Program-made: the position numbers and the translations under genes
The notes under the pieces: model-generated
What the model was told of the DNA's origin: nothing
Seen by the model: the letters and a program-made list of their open reading frames with translations, nothing else
Databases searched by the model: none
From: the human T2T-CHM13v2.0 reference genome, Homo sapiens
Strand: one strand, 5' to 3'
Assembly: GCF_009914755.1 (NCBI RefSeq)
Contig: NC_060944.1
DNA length: 64,000 bases
Shown: positions 1 through 15,581 of the stretch, in pieces
How the letters are laid out: every line of letters begins with the position of its first letter
Numbering within the stretch: position 1 is the first letter of the stretch

Positions 1-59
1 ACACAATTTCTAGATAAGAGACTTAAATTGACTTTAAGATTGACTTAAAATTCAAAAGG

Positions 60-260
60 CCATGACCGCTGAGTTTGGGCCAAATCTAACAAGTGGAAAT
101 GAACAGGGCTGTCTGTAAAATTGTTCACTTGGGTCAGAAATGATTTGCTGGCACAAGTACAGGTCAGAGAGGGAGCAAATGGAAAAACAAAATAAAATGA
201 AAGAAAACCTTGGGAATTTTCACTGCAAATAAACTAAAGCTAGAGATGCAGAGTGGCTGG
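60..260 (+). mobile_element. L3/CR1 LINE fragment (ancient)
   Basis: aacaagtggaaatgaacagggctgtctgtaaaattgttcacttggg...gcacaagtacagg...gaaaaccttgggaattt resembles the CR1/L3 3' ORF2 region. Confidence 0.5.
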
Positions 261-889
261 AAATGTAACTATTCCCACCCACTTCCGTGTGGGGCCCTTG
301 AATGCAGAATTTATTCAACTGAAAGTGAAGACCTTGACCGAAATATCGAGGGCCTTGAGCTTATTTTCTTCTGTATGACCATCTTTCAGAAACAAATGAA
401 TTCTTTCAAAACAAAAAAAAAAAAGGAAAGAAGAAAAAAAAAGGAGAAACAAAAGTCAAAGAAGATTTTGAAAAAAGTAATAACTGACCAATTTGGCATT
501 AGAAAACAAATATTTTGATGCATATGAGAATTAAACTTGTATAATGCAAAACCATCTCAAGTGTTCTGGGTATAGAAAATTATTTAATGAGGTCAAAATA
601 GAGAGGTAGATGCAGTAGTTTTCATCAAATTCACATTTGCAAATATTCTTTTGATACATAATCCCCTGTGTTCAGTGCCAGAAAAATGGTGCTAATTTTG
701 GAATAAAATCAGACCTTGCTCCGGATTCACAAAATATTCATCATAAGAATGAAGAATGAGAGATGAGAAAAATAAATGTGAGTTGAGAGAAAGTAAGGAA
801 AGCTTTCTGCAGAACAGAAAGAGAACACATTTCCTGCATCCTGAGCCTCTCTCCTGTTTTTATTTTCCTTGTAAATTTCCCACATTTCA

Positions 890-1612
890 GAATGTAGGTT
901 GATGTAGCCATTATGGAAAACAGTTTGAAATTAAAAATAGAACTACCGTACAACCCAGCAATCCCTCTTCTGGGTATGTACCTGAGGGACATGAAGTCAC
1001 TACCTCGTAAAGATATCTGCACTCCCGTGTTTATTGCAGGACTAGTCACAATAGCCAAGACATGGAAACACCTAAATGTTCATCGACTGATAAATGGATA
1101 CAGAAAATGTGGTACATACATAATACAATGGAATATTATTCAGCCTTAAAAAAGAGATCCTGCCATTTGCCATAACATGGGCGGACCTGGAGAACATTAT
1201 GCTAAGTGAAATAAGCCAGGCACAGAAAAATACTGCATGATCTCACTTATATGTGGAATATATTTTTTAAAAGAGGTCAAGTACACAGAATAAAACTGTG
1301 GTTACCATGGGGTAAAAGAAGGGTGGAGAGCAAATGGGGGAACATAGGTCAAAGGGAACAAAATTGCAGATATATAGGATGAACAAATTTATAGATTGAA
1401 TGTACAACATGAGGACTAAAGTTAATACAATTATATTGAATTAGAGATCTTTGTTAAATAAGTTGATTTCAGTTGCTCTTGTCACCAAAAAAACTATGTG
1501 AGATAATAGATATGTTAATTTGCTTTACTATAGTAACCATTTTATTATCTATATGTGTCCCATAACATCATGTTGTAAAACTCAAATATGCACAATAAAA
1601 TTTATTTTTTTT
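890..1612 (+). mobile_element. L1MA-type LINE-1 3' end, 5'-truncated
   Basis: ORF2 C-terminal remnant ([15 protein letters not shown]...DICTPVFIA), L1 3' UTR, aataaa at the end; degenerate TSD aaatttcccacatttca / aaatcccacctttca. Confidence 0.9.
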
Positions 1613-2118
1613 AAATCCCACCTTTCATTAAGGCCACCCAAGGATTTCCCTGTAAGCTCAGGGAAGAAAATCAATTCTGTGGATGTACTGTGAGACAGCC
1701 AAGGAGCAGGCCCTAGGGAGGAAGCCTGCCAGTGGACAAGCAGATACAGGTGTCTACAGCTGAAGCATTTACCTAGAAACAGGTTGCATATTTTCTGATC
1801 ACTTTGAATTTTTGTTTTGAAGGCCCTGAAGAATTAATTAGGTGTCAGGGCCTTTTGTCTGCTATGTCCAGTCCCTGAAAGAACTGAAGCCATGAAGCCA
1901 CTTAGAACCAGCACATCAACTGTTTTCTAGATGATCAGAAACCTCCAGAGCTTTTCACTTCAGCTCACTGTATGCTTTTAAGCAACAGAGATTTAAAAGT
2001 CTTGAGATTATAGGACCATAAAAATACACATTTACATGTGGTCACATGTAAGGTTTAAGACTGGGAGTGAACCATAAAGGGAATGCTTTGTACCAGTACC
2101 AAAATACAAGTTCAATGA

Positions 2119-2129
2119 ATGACGCAGCA
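2119..2129 (+). promoter_or_regulatory. ARE/MARE-like motif ATGACGCAGCA just upstream of the candidate ATG
   Basis: Matches RTGAYnnnGCA consensus; motif match only. Confidence 0.3.
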
Positions 2130-2183
2130 GCTCTGAGAGGAACATAAGGAAAACACCCAAGCCGGAGTCTCTCACAAGCTTGA

Positions 2184-2236
2184 ATGTGTGTTCTGGAGCT
2201 GAAGGATGCACGGTTGTTAAGCCCCTGTTCTTTTCC
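2184..2236 (+). CDS. Putative coding exon 1 of spliced 151-aa ORF (MCVLELKDARLLSPCSFP)
   Basis: ATG at 2184 directly after in-frame TGA; donor gtaagt at 2237; phase fits the next exon; weak Kozak context. Confidence 0.3.
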
Positions 2237-2629
2237 GTAAGTTCCTTCTGGGGCCTTCTGCAGCCATATAAAATGCAGCTAGTAAAACAGGTTTCCGTGG
2301 GAGGGAGACCTGGGAGTGCCTGAATTTCCTTCTTTTTTTGCTGAACAATTAAGCAACAAAAGCAGTCTGGGAAAATAGAAGACATTTCAGAGCTGGTCAT
2401 GCATTCAACACATGCCAAGGAAGGGAGGTTTTGTCGCTGTTTGACTCCTAATCCTGTATTTACTTGTTGGCTAAATGGAATTAATTCATTTAGTTTTGCA
2501 GAGTGTTAGGCTTTCTTCTCTCCGTTAAGTTTCTCTTTTCTTTTCTCAAAAGGAAATAGCAAGCTTATCTTAGAAGGTTGAAGGCAATTTGGCAATCTGT
2601 TCTTTGGTTAGAGGAAATTATCCTATTTT

Positions 2630-3120
2630 AATAAACAAATTATTCAATTAATTCAACATGAAAAAATAGTTTAGCACTTACTGTGGGGCGGGCCTTGTAC
2701 TAGGACATGGGATACACCAATGAACAAGACATTCAAAGATGTAGATAAACGAATAGGCAATTATGGTCAATGGACATGAGGTTAATGCAAGGGAAGGCAT
2801 TAGGAACACTTGGGTCTTATTCACTTTTGGGGACCTGACGAAGGTTTCTTGCAGAAATCTAATCTGAGATCCAAGGAGTAAGTCAAAGTTTATTCAGTGA
2901 CAGGGAGCAGGAATTAAGTTTAATTATTTTTCCAGGCATATGTGCAGAACGGTGGGGTGGGAGGCCTGAATGTGGGTGAGCACTCACTATGCATGAAGAA
3001 CTAAAAGAATATTGAAATGACTGACATATGCACTGGTGAGAGATGGTCAAATAAAGTAGGTAGGAGCCAGATTCCTCAGGTCATTGTTGGTGTTGTTCAG
3101 CATTTAGAATGTTTTTCTTG
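2630..3120 (-). mobile_element. L2 LINE 3' fragment
   Basis: ttattcaattaattcaac...gcacttactgtgg...ggccttgtactagg typical of an antisense L2 end. Confidence 0.65.
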
Positions 3121-3129
3121 CTTTGTCAT

Positions 3130-3405
3130 TGTTTTTAATTGACACTTAATAACTGTACATATTTATGGGGTACAGTATGTTATTTCCATACATGTATACA
3201 ATATGTAACGATCCAATCAGGGTAATTAGCACGTCCATCGCCTCAAACCTTGATCATTTATTTGTGTTGGGAAGCTTCAAAATCCACTCTTCTAGCTATT
3301 TGAAAATATATAATTAATTATTGTTAATTACAGACACTTTATAGTGCTATAGAACACTAGCACTTTTTCCTCCTCTCTCACTATACTTTTGTATCTGTTA
3401 GCATT
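3130..3405 (-). mobile_element. L1MA 3' end fragment
   Basis: tttttaattgacac...tgtacatatttatggggtaca...atcagggtaattagc, antisense L1MA 3' UTR. Confidence 0.85.
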
Positions 3406-5299
3406 TGAATTCTTACTCCAAGAACAAAGGGGTAACCACAGGGGAAAGAATCACTCAGATTTTGAAATTTCTCTTTGTCTACATTGTAGAAAATGATTTG
3501 GAGGTAGGTAAGACCAGAGAATTGAGCAAGGGGAGGATGAAAGGTGAAAGAAGACAGCGCTCTTCCTATCTTGGTGGGCTTGGGGCTGGGTGGTACTGCT
3601 GAGTTTGTCCTTTGCCTGGTGTCAACCATCACCATCTATCTCAATGATACCCCAGTGGACTGTAAGGACCCATTATGCCTCTGTCAAATATGAAATATCT
3701 AGACCTTTTCAAGTGTCTGTTTTGTTTCCTCAAACCATACCCATTTGGAGGTTAATATGTTGTTGGGTAAAATAATTAAACTTAGCTCCAAGTACAGAGT
3801 GAAAGGGAAATTTTTTGTTCTATCATGTTGGGACTTATATAATTTGATGTCTGTTTCATCCTCACCTTTTGAGTTAGTCTTTGCCCTGGAGTCTGAGAGA
3901 GTTTTCTCAAAGGAAATCTACAAAAATATTTGTGGATTTAGAAACACTAAAGGGAAGAGAAAATTGTTCTGTAGTTCACGTTCCTGACATTTCAGAAGCT
4001 CATGATCCCAGGCTCTCAGGTTACAAAAAGATTTTTTTCTTCTAAACATGTTCCCTTAAGGTGTCAATGGTTGATAATGCGCCCAATAAACATTAATGCA
4101 TCAAACAAGTACAAACCCTTTTTGACACAGGAACAGAGCTGAAACTGTGGGACCTTAAGCATTAGCAGGCATGGGTGTGTTTTGGAGAGGGAAAAGTCCT
4201 CCTGAGATCACATGGGTTTCTGGGTAGAGAGGGAGAGCTAGATTTATCCTGAGTCTTGTGAATTATCTGTTGTGTGACTGAGTTTTGTGGGAATTAAGCC
4301 AAATCAAAATAAATAATGCATGTAATGTGTTTAGCACACTCCCCAGTGTGTGGTGGGCATCCAGTAAGCATTGGCTATTATTAAGAGCTATGGAGTCTGG
4401 GCCACATGCTACAAGACATTCAGCAGTGAAACTGTTTTGGGTTGCTGTAGAGAGTAGGGATGTATGTTGCATGGGAACAGTCAGGGAGGGAGGTCCATTT
4501 TCAGCATCACCCCAGGGTCAGATGTCATGACACAGACAGAGGGACCGAGAGAGAGAGAGCGAGCATGAGCCCCTCCTGTTATTGTCCTAAACCCTCATTC
4601 ACTGAGGGCAGCCTCTACTCCATTACCGCAGTAAAGGTTCTGCTGTGAAGCCAGATATGCAGCAGCCCTCCCTCCAGCACCTTGCTTTCACAGGATCTGT
4701 TTCTTGCCATGCATGCCATAGATTCACAGAGCATTTTATAAATTGAAAAAGGCTATTCAATGGCAAGGTATTACTATTACCGTGTATCCAACTGGTGATG
4801 TTATCCCTATAGACAGGATGTGTTAGGGACACCCTGGGTCTCTTCCTCCCCACTCCTTCCCATTTTGAAGTACACATTTATGTTTATCAATTGTTACTAT
4901 ATCCAGAGCCCAGTCTTCTCCTATTTCTCCTACTTGTTCCTTGCCAACAAATTTCATTAAGGCTCTTCTGGGAGACCCAAAAAGTGGTGGGAAGAAAATG
5001 CAATTCTGACGTGCAAAGGTGGGATGATGGAAAATCAGGAATCTGTTGTAGAATTTTAATTTAAATATACCATTGTCGTTAAATACACCAATGGCGAGGG
5101 GCTGAGTCATTGAGCACTAGAATTCCACATGCATTTGATAATGATGGTTTCTAGTCGGTAATTACGTGGCTGTGGCCCCCATGTTTTTCTTGGAGTCTTT
5201 GTGATACTCCCTCAATTTGCTCTTCCTGTACTCACTTCTTGTCTTTCATTCTTGTCCTTGAATATTTTGGGTATATAGGACAAAAATAAGAATGCAAGC

Positions 5300-6312
<1,013 letters not shown>

Positions 6313-6689
6313 TTTTTTTTTAATTGGCAAGATTAAATACATTATTTTTGTCATCTTTTCAGCCCTGGACACCATTAGTAATTTTTATGGAACAAAGCTA
6401 GCAGCAGAACCAACCAGCTACAGTCCTTAAATTTATACATTTCATACAGAAAATAGTACTTTCCCATCATTATTTCAGAATGGCTTAATCAATATCTTCA
6501 TCTAAAAGATGAAGCCAGAAATGTCAGCTACACATAGCTGTTGCAAATATTAACTAGCATCTTGTATATAGATATAGTTCCTGGCACTGGCAGGTATTCA
6601 GTATGGTGGCAATCCTGAACCCCTGATTCCACTTGGAATGGAAGTCAGGATAGCAGCATTTCTGTGCTAGTCATTGCTCATAAGCTCAT

Positions 6690-6850
6690 GATATGCTTTA
6701 TATATTTTATCCCATATCAACCCTATGGGGTAAAAATTATTTCCATCGTTACCCAGATAAGGTGACTGAGGGTCAGAGAGCCGGATGGGTAAGGTCACAA
6801 AGCTGTAGGAGGCACACTGATATCTGAACTCAGGCCTCTTCCAAAGTTCA
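6690..6850 (-). mobile_element. MIR
   Basis: cagataaggtgactgagggtcagagag...aaggtcacaaagct...tctgaactcaggc. Confidence 0.75.
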
Positions 6851-7664
6851 TTCCACAGGAACACGCCGCCACCCAATTAAGTAGAAAACTACCCGAGTTG
6901 TACTTCAATTTCTCTAAACATAGTGGTTTCCTTCTGAGGTAGAAATCATCTGCTCAGCTGGTTTCAGAGTACCATTTTCCTTGTTGAGTTGACTTAGTGG
7001 TAAAAGAAATTTTGAATGAAGTGGGCAGAGAGATCCGGAGAACAGCAGGGAAGTCTCCAAGGACCTTGTGATTTTGGGCTCTCACTGTGGGAGTTGTTAT
7101 GCTTTGCAGTAATTGCATATTGGATACATAATTCTAATTTTCATGGAGTGGGCTGCCCGGACCCTCCAACTTTTAGTGCTTATTGACATATTTTTATACA
7201 TTTTATCAGTTTAACAACTAAAACACACTTTCCTCTTGCTCAAGAGTTTCCCAGGAGTATACTAGCAAAAGTGGGAGATGCAAATTTGTGAATATCCACT
7301 TTTTCCTCCACTGAAAGGAAAATAATAAAAAGTCCAGGTACTGGCCAAAAATAACTATTACTAAAGCAGACCCAGAAGCCCAGCCCAGGCCCTTGCAACC
7401 AAGATATGATGTGGTCTGCCCTCTTTGCAAGTTGAACTGTGCCAACATCTGTTGGCTTGTTGCCTCTGACAGCTACATAGAGAAAGACATGGGAAAGAGG
7501 TGTGGCAGAAGAACCAATATATGTGGTGCCAAGCATCATTGTAGATATCTGCAAGTTGTATATCATGACTTAATTTAGAAATAAAAACTGAGGTCACAGA
7601 GGGTAAGAAACTTGCTTAATGCCACAGAGATGTTAAATGGCAGAATCAAAGTGCAGGCCTATCG

Positions 7665-7997
7665 CAAGAATTGGCAAACCTTTTCTATAAAGGGGCAGAT
7701 AATAAATATTTCAGCTTTGTGGGTCATATGGTCTTTGTTGCAATTACTAGTCTCTTCTATTGTAGTGTGAAAGCAGCCACAGATAATATAGAGGAAAGCA
7801 GGTGTGGTTGTATTCTAATAAAACTATTTATGAACACTGAAATTTCAAATTTCCTGTAATTTTTGTGTCTTAAAATATTATACTTAAAAATTATATTTAA
7901 CTCTTTAAAAAATGTAAAGACAATTTTTAGCTTACAGGTATACAGAAACAGGCGGTAAGACATATTTGGCTCATAGGCCATAGTTTAGCTGACCCTT
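7665..7997. mobile_element. MER58-type hAT-Charlie MITE
   Basis: ttggcaaaccttttctataaagggg...tgtagtgtgaaagcagccacagataat...ggccatagtttagctgaccc. Confidence 0.85.
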
Positions 7998-8044
7998 TGT
8001 TTTATCTGATTCTAAAGCTCACGCAAGCTGTTTTGACTTAGCAG

Positions 8045-8159
8045 GTTGTTTAATCTAATGTTCTTTGGAATAAAAACCTCCCTGCCAAGTAGTACTTGGT
8101 TTTATGCTCAACATGCTTTGACTGTTGAAAAGAGACCTTTGGCACACATTGAAGGGATG
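8045..8159 (+). CDS. Putative coding exon 2 (LFNLMFFGIKTSLPSSTWFYAQHALTVEKRPLAHIEGM)
   Basis: Acceptor cag|G, strong donor ATG|gtgagt, 115 nt, open in the joined frame. Confidence 0.35.
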
Positions 8160-8192
8160 GTGAGTATATATTTGTTTGTGTTTGTGTGTGTG

Positions 8193-8290
8193 AGAGAGGG
8201 GGATAGAGGGAGGGAGGGAAAGAAGGAGGGAGGGAGAGAGAGAGAGAAAGAAAGAAAGAAGGGAGGCGCAAAGAACAGACAACAAAAAGA
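8193..8290 (+). repeat. GA-rich polypurine tract
   Basis: Degenerate (GGGA)/(GA)/(GAAA) array directly 3' of the candidate exon 2 donor. Confidence 0.85.
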
Positions 8291-8598
8291 ATTAACTCAA
8301 TTTTTTATCTTATACCAACAAACAGACTTTGGTGATATTGACTTTTCCGTTTTCAAAATCTAAGATGTCTTGCTGTTTTCTAAAATAAAAGTGACTTAAT
8401 GTCAACATTAAAATTTATCAAATTTTATCAAATTGGGAGAATTTTGTCATCTGCTTGACATTTGGTAAATGAAATTCAATGGTGCCTAATTAAATATTGT
8501 GAATGTTAATACTGAATCAGGGAGGTTTGCAAATGATATCAACTGAGGTTTGTAGATAGTATTGACTGAGGTCCTCCGTGTTATCTCTGCTTCATTAG

Positions 8599-8693
8599 GT
8601 GATGGAGATGCCAATCCATGGAATCAGGTGGCACAGCTATGTTGGTAGCTATAGCAGAAGTCTTCTTGGCAAAGATTCCTCCAGGGAAGGAAG
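8599..8693 (+). CDS. Putative coding exon 3 (VMEMPIHGIRWHSYVGSYSRSLLGKDSSREG)
   Basis: Pyrimidine-rich acceptor tag|G, moderate donor AAG|gtacca, 95 nt, open in the joined frame. Confidence 0.33.
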
Positions 8694-11089
8694 GTACCAT
8701 TGGAGAACCATGCATGAAGACAGGGAAGAAATGATTGGAATCATGAAACATTAAACTGGAAGGAAGCCCTAGGCAAACCTAACTCATGGGAAAACAGACA
8801 CCCACATGTTACCCAGTTTAGTACCAAAACCAAGGCTGGTATTTGCATAAATATACTTTTCTTCTCTATCTAATATCAAGGCCTTCTTAGTATTGTTAAT
8901 AGGCCTTAAGCTTGGTTTGTCTACATAGAAATCAAAATAACAATGTCAACCCATGAAAGAATTAAAAGAAGTCCCAAACAGTTCTGATTTCCTCCAATGT
9001 GACTATTTCTGATATATTATAAAATAACAGAAATCAAACTCAAAGAATGAACTTTTTGTCTCTATTTTGCTAATAATGGTTAAAGTAAATGGATGGTCTT
9101 TCTAGTCTTTCCCAAAGGCCCCTAGATTAATTGTTAGTGACATTGCTAGGAAACTCCCATGAAATCTTGTAGGTCCATGGAAACCATGCATCAGACTCTA
9201 ACATATTGTGTAGATCACATGCTATCATGTGAAAATGTTCTGTTCCAAAGTCCCCTGGAATTTGGGATGTATTTTTCCTACAGAACAATGTTCCAAGCAA
9301 AGGTCTATTGGATTCCTCAAGTGGCTGACTGCAACGAATGTGCTCAGAAGCTGCTGAGGCTTAAACTTTCAGCCCTTCGAGAGGCAGCTCAAGAGATTGG
9401 GAAACTGGAAGAGGCTCTGCTATATCCTGTCCTCCTTTTGGGAGATCTTGGCAGCCCTTGCGTAGAGAGAGGGAGGAGGGTTGGTGGGCATGGGGGTTTG
9501 GTGGGGAAGCTAAGGTCCTCCTTTGGAAACAACGGAGGAAGCCTCCATGTTAAAGGGGAAAGGAGGAGACAGGAAACCTCCATTAAATTGTTTATAAGTT
9601 GAATTGTTTCTAAAGCCGGAACTGACAACTGTGTTTTTACAAAGTAGAAAAGGATGCAACGAGTTCCACAGCCCTCATTCAGGCATATACAATGCTTAAG
9701 AAGATCAGAGTGCAGTTTTCTTTGGGCAGGTAGGTTTCGAAAAAAAAAAAAAAAAGAGTGTTGACACAGTGTATAAATTCTTCCAATTTGAAAATTATTG
9801 AGGGTTATTACTGATGCCATTTGAACAGGACCATAACATTCATGGATGGTGGAATGGCTCAAATCACTGCCTAAGCAAGCAATTATTTTGTTTTTGCTTC
9901 TGCAGTTAGACAAGGAAGAATGTTTTGCATTCTATCAGCTGGGCTTTTATTGTTTTTCATGTTAGGACAAATGTTCTTTGAGAGGTGGGGTCTTGTTTGA
10001 GGAAATGTCAAGCTGTCCAGTTTAGATTTATTGGTGATTGCGGCAGGTGCCAAATGTTTCAAGAAGTTGGCGTATGCACTTTTTTTTTCTCCCCTGGCAG
10101 ACTTTCCTGGAATCAGGATATGTTCTCTGCAGGAAGAAAGCAAATGTGCTATACTTAAAATTCAGTGTATGACAGAAAAACCTAAAGAAGACTTATAGTA
10201 GATGAATTTACATTATCTGAAAGGTATTTTATGCACCAAGTTCCAAAGTTAGAGAAGGCAACTAAGCAAGGGACTGCCACTTAAGACACAGGCATTGTCT
10301 ATGGAGTCTGGGTGGGCCAAAGAAGCAAGATTTGTGGGAATATCATGAGAGTTCCTGGCTCTAAAATAGTTGCTCTCCAATGTCCAGAAATTCCTGCCTT
10401 TGGAATAGTCCTTGGAGAGACAATTTTCTCCAACTTAGACCCCCTTTCCCACTAAGCATCCTCATGAGCAGGTCAAATTCAATGTGAACTTTTGGCAGGG
10501 AATCCTTTGGAGGTTTATGTTTTATCTTAAAAATTGGTAGGAACTTTGCATCTTTTCCATCACATATTCATGTTTTATGTAACATAAAATTATCACCCAT
10601 TCTGCAAATCTTTGAGTGGAAATGAAGCTTCAGGAGGATGGACCGTATCTCTTCCACAGTCCTGGCCACTCTGCAGAATACTCTCTGGTCTTTTCAGGAG
10701 GAGGGGGATCCTACTTTGAGAACTAAGGACTTCAGTCATTGTCCAATTGGTAGTCTGGCCATTGTCCTTTGAAAATGTACAAATCCTCTCTTGGAACAGT
10801 AATATGTGAGTTTATTTTTACATTAGAAGGAGGTACTTTATCAAAGGAGTTCATTTTCATTTTGGAAAACAATATTCTGGTCTTGGAAAGATTGTAAACC
10901 AGAAAATCTTTGGTGATGAAAAAGGGCAAGATTTGAAAGTGTGGGATACTGTGCCGGAAAGGTAACCTTATGTGGGGATGTGGGGAATCTGGGCTGAAGG
11001 GGGAGGATTTGGGTGGGGCTGGAGGAGAAGCAGATGCAGAGAAAAAGGAAGGAGGTGTAAGCCACAAGGTTTGCCCGAGGTTTTCTTAA

Positions 11090-11430
11090 TGGCTTTCAAT
11101 TCTCCCAAATCTATCTGCAATCTCGGTTCCAGTCCTCCGCTCTATTTCCAACTGCTCTGTCCAAGTGGCAGCATCTCCAGCTTGGAGAATCAAGTCAACA
11201 TGTCTAAAATGCCAACTCACCTGTGAGCAACTCTGCCTACTCCTTATCATGCAGCATTTTCACCTGCTCATTCCTGTGTGGCTTCAGCTCTCACACTGCC
11301 AACTATCTGTCTCCCTTTTCCAGCCAGAAACTGGGAAGTCTTTGTCTTTTCCTTCTTCCCAACCTCCCATGCACATGTTTAGTTGATCATGAAATCTAGC
11401 CAGGCTTAATGTAACCTTTGAAACATTCTT
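11090..11430 (+). mobile_element. L2 fragment
   Basis: ctcccaaatctatct...atttccaactgc...tcaacatgtctaaaa...ccagccagaaactgggaagtc. Confidence 0.6.
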
Positions 11431-11549
11431 TTATTCTCTGTAGAAATTACAGTTCCTGCAGGAAACTGAGCACTCAAAGGGCTGAAAGGTAGGGTTTAAT
11501 GAACAGTTGGCTTTCGAATAGGGAGGAGAAAACTAAGTAACAGTGGCAA

Positions 11550-11904
<355 letters not shown>

Positions 11905-12666
11905 TTACCATCCTTAGGAAAATAAGGTGCAAGGGGTGGCAGTGGAATTCCCAAAAGTACCTGATCTCTAAGCTTGGAGCTGTGGAAGAAGGGCCACCTG
12001 ATGGGAGCTAAAGCAGGAGATGCAGCCACTGCCAGGACTCTGGAAAGGTGTAGGGGCAGTGAGGGACGAAAGCCAGGGAGACAATCGCCACCATCATTTG
12101 CTGTCCCTCTTCTCATCCTCTGATTTCCTGCCAGTGCTTCCAGTTGGCAAAGGCCAACCAAAAATCACAGGGCAAAGGAGCTGTAGGCCATAGATAGGAG
12201 GCAGGCTCCTGGGGTAGAAAGAGTGCAGAGAGGGGAGCAAAAGGAATCTGGTAGGGTAAGCAACACATGGAGAATGGCCAGCCCAGATTCAGCCCCTCCC
12301 TTCAACACCTGAAAATTCGGCCTGAATTCAAGACCATTATTTCTTTCTTGAATGTCTGGAAAAAACAAACAAATAAACAAACTTCCCAGTGGTCCCAGTT
12401 GACTTCAGTGTGTGCTCTAATTTCATTTTATAAACACCATTTCTTAGCAATTTCAATGCTGACAGATGGAGCTCATGTGCCAGCTAACAGGAAAAGAGCA
12501 TCATCTATGAGCACAATTCCCCACGGCTGGAGCTCCTTGCCTATGTTCCCCCCTCAAGAGCATACATGAGGCTGCAAATCAAACAGATCTCATGTGATGA
12601 TTAGGGAATTATCTGTATTTCATTAAGAAAAATAACTTGTACACTCGGTTTGAAAAAAGTATTGAA

Positions 12667-12978
<312 letters not shown>

Positions 12979-13389
12979 TTAATAGATATTCATAGAGAGT
13001 GCCGAACAGATATTTGTTAAAGGGGTGAATGTTACTTGTGACACTCACAATTAGTGGATCTTTACATGTGAATGTGTTGAATACAACCAGACCCCTTTAA
13101 TTAGACACGCTGTTCTAAAATGAATTTCTAAGGTATGAATCTAATCTAATCACCTCTTGACTTACACAGGCTGGTAGCTTCCCATTGTCAAGAAGTTCTT
13201 ATCATGGTGGAAAAGATCTCTTCGTCATCTCAACCTCCAAGCCTCACCCTGGTCTTTCCAGGTCTCTTCTCTTACCTATCCTGACACCATCTGTCCCCAT
13301 CTACGCTAAGATCCTTATCAGTCCTGGAAGAACACACTCAAAGCCAATGATCTTTGCGCCCTCTGTATGTTCTCTCAACACTTAGCATT

Positions 13390-13820
13390 TTAATGAACAT
13401 TGGCCCAAATTCCAGCTGCCAGCACCCGACACTCTGCCCAAGGGCTTCTCTGACCGACACAACCCACTCTGCCCATGTGTGGGGAAGGCTTCAAGTGCCA
13501 GGAAGTTAATGGCCCCTGGAAGCATCCCTGACCAGTGACTTCCAAGAATGGGTGTATAAATACCTCCACTCTTTCCTCCCTTGGGTGAGATAACTCTGAG
13601 GCACGTGTTTGACATTGCTTCATGGAGTTCCCCAGCAGGATTAAGTTCCAGTTGCCCTCAGTGGTAACTCGGGCTTGATTCATCCTTTATTTGCTTCCTT
13701 CCTTTCCTGTCTTACTTCCTCACCTCCCTACCAGTGTTCCGGTGAATCACCTTCCAAATAAACTACTCACATTGGAATCCTTGCTTCAGGGTTGGCTTTT
13801 GGAGGAACCTAACGTAAAAT
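13390..13820 (+). mobile_element. LTR16-family ERVL solo LTR
   Basis: gtataaatacc TATA, caccttccaaataaactactcac polyA region, ggcttttggaggaacctaa end. Confidence 0.8.
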
Positions 13821-14445
13821 ATTTCAGTATTCTCTTTCAGCTTTTTCTTGCCTTTGCATAAGACATTGTTTGTGTCTGGATTCCCCTTTGTTTCTTTTTA
13901 AACAAACATTTAAAATGACACAGGAAAGCACAGGAAAAGAAAGAATAAAATGTTTCTCCTTCATCACCTATTCCCCTCCCTTCTCTCTCTCATCCTGGTC
14001 TACTTTCCTTCCCAGAACTAACCACTATTTGGTATACATACCTCCAAATATTTTCTTTATATATACACATTTAAAAGTATGTAGATATACAAATGTAAAT
14101 ACATTTACCAATCTGTGTATACAATGATAAGTGAATTTGAACACATCCTTATACACAGTCCTTTTCACATGAATGAAATCACATTATACATGTTGCATTG
14201 TGACTTGTTTTTTTTTTCAATAATACAATACCCTTAGATTCCATAATATAGTGTGATATACTATAATTATTGAAACATTTCTCCTATTGATGAACACTTA
14301 GGGTCCTGATACTTTTTCCACTGTTATAAAAAAATGCTGCAATGACTATGTGAGTGCATATATCTTGCACACATGTGCTGGCCATCCTGTAGATGAATGT
14401 GTCTGTTTGAGCTTTTTAGTTTTCAGCAATAGAAAACCCAACCTC

Positions 14446-14752
14446 GGCCGGGCGTGGTGGTTGACGCCTGTAATTCCAGCACTTTTGGAGGCTGAGGTGG
14501 GCAGATCACCTGAGGTCAGGAGTTCCAGAGCAGCCTGGCCAACATGGTGAAACCTCATCTCTACTAAAAATAGAAAAATTAGCCAGGCCTGGTGGCGGGT
14601 GCCTATAATCCCAGCTACTTGGGAGGCTAGGGCTGGAGAATCCCTTGAACCCAGGAGGAGGAGGTTGCAGTGAGCGATCCTGCCACGGCACTCCAGCAGG
14701 GGTGACAAGAATGAAACTCTGTTTCAAAATAAAGAAAAAAAAGAAAAAAAAA
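14446..14752 (+). mobile_element. AluS
   Basis: Full dimer; TSD agaaaacccaacctc. Confidence 0.97.
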
Positions 14753-15035
14753 GAAAACCCAACCTCAACTAGCTTAAGCAAAAGCAAATTTATGTGGTGA
14801 AAGGGTGGATCTGGTTTTAGAATCAGTTACCAAGGGCTCAAGAAGTGTCACAGGGACTGATCCCCCCACCCCCCCGTCCCCCATGTCGTGTCATTCTCCA
14901 GGTCTTTCCTTTTCATTGCCAGGAGCTCCAGGTTTCTACCCTCAGAACTCCAAGGCCATTGGAAAACAGAGGGCAGTTTTCTTAGTTGCCCAAGGAAATG
15001 TTCCCAAATTGTATCAAAAGCCCACCTCTAGGTTA

Positions 15036-15581
<546 letters not shown>

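Noticed and set aside
210-518. 102-aa Lys-rich ORF
   Set aside because: The Lys run comes from an A-rich tract, the start is non-ATG, and it overlaps an L3 remnant
913-1149. 78-aa ORF with protein-like sequence
   Set aside because: Degraded L1 ORF2 C-terminus, not a host gene
2264-2273. TATA-like ccatataaaa
   Set aside because: It lies downstream of the exon 1 donor, so it cannot be the promoter of the modelled transcript; no other support
9159-9913. 147-aa (+) and 174-aa (-) ORFs
   Set aside because: No recognisable family; one crosses a poly-A run and starts at a non-ATG codon; lengths are expected by chance in 64 kb
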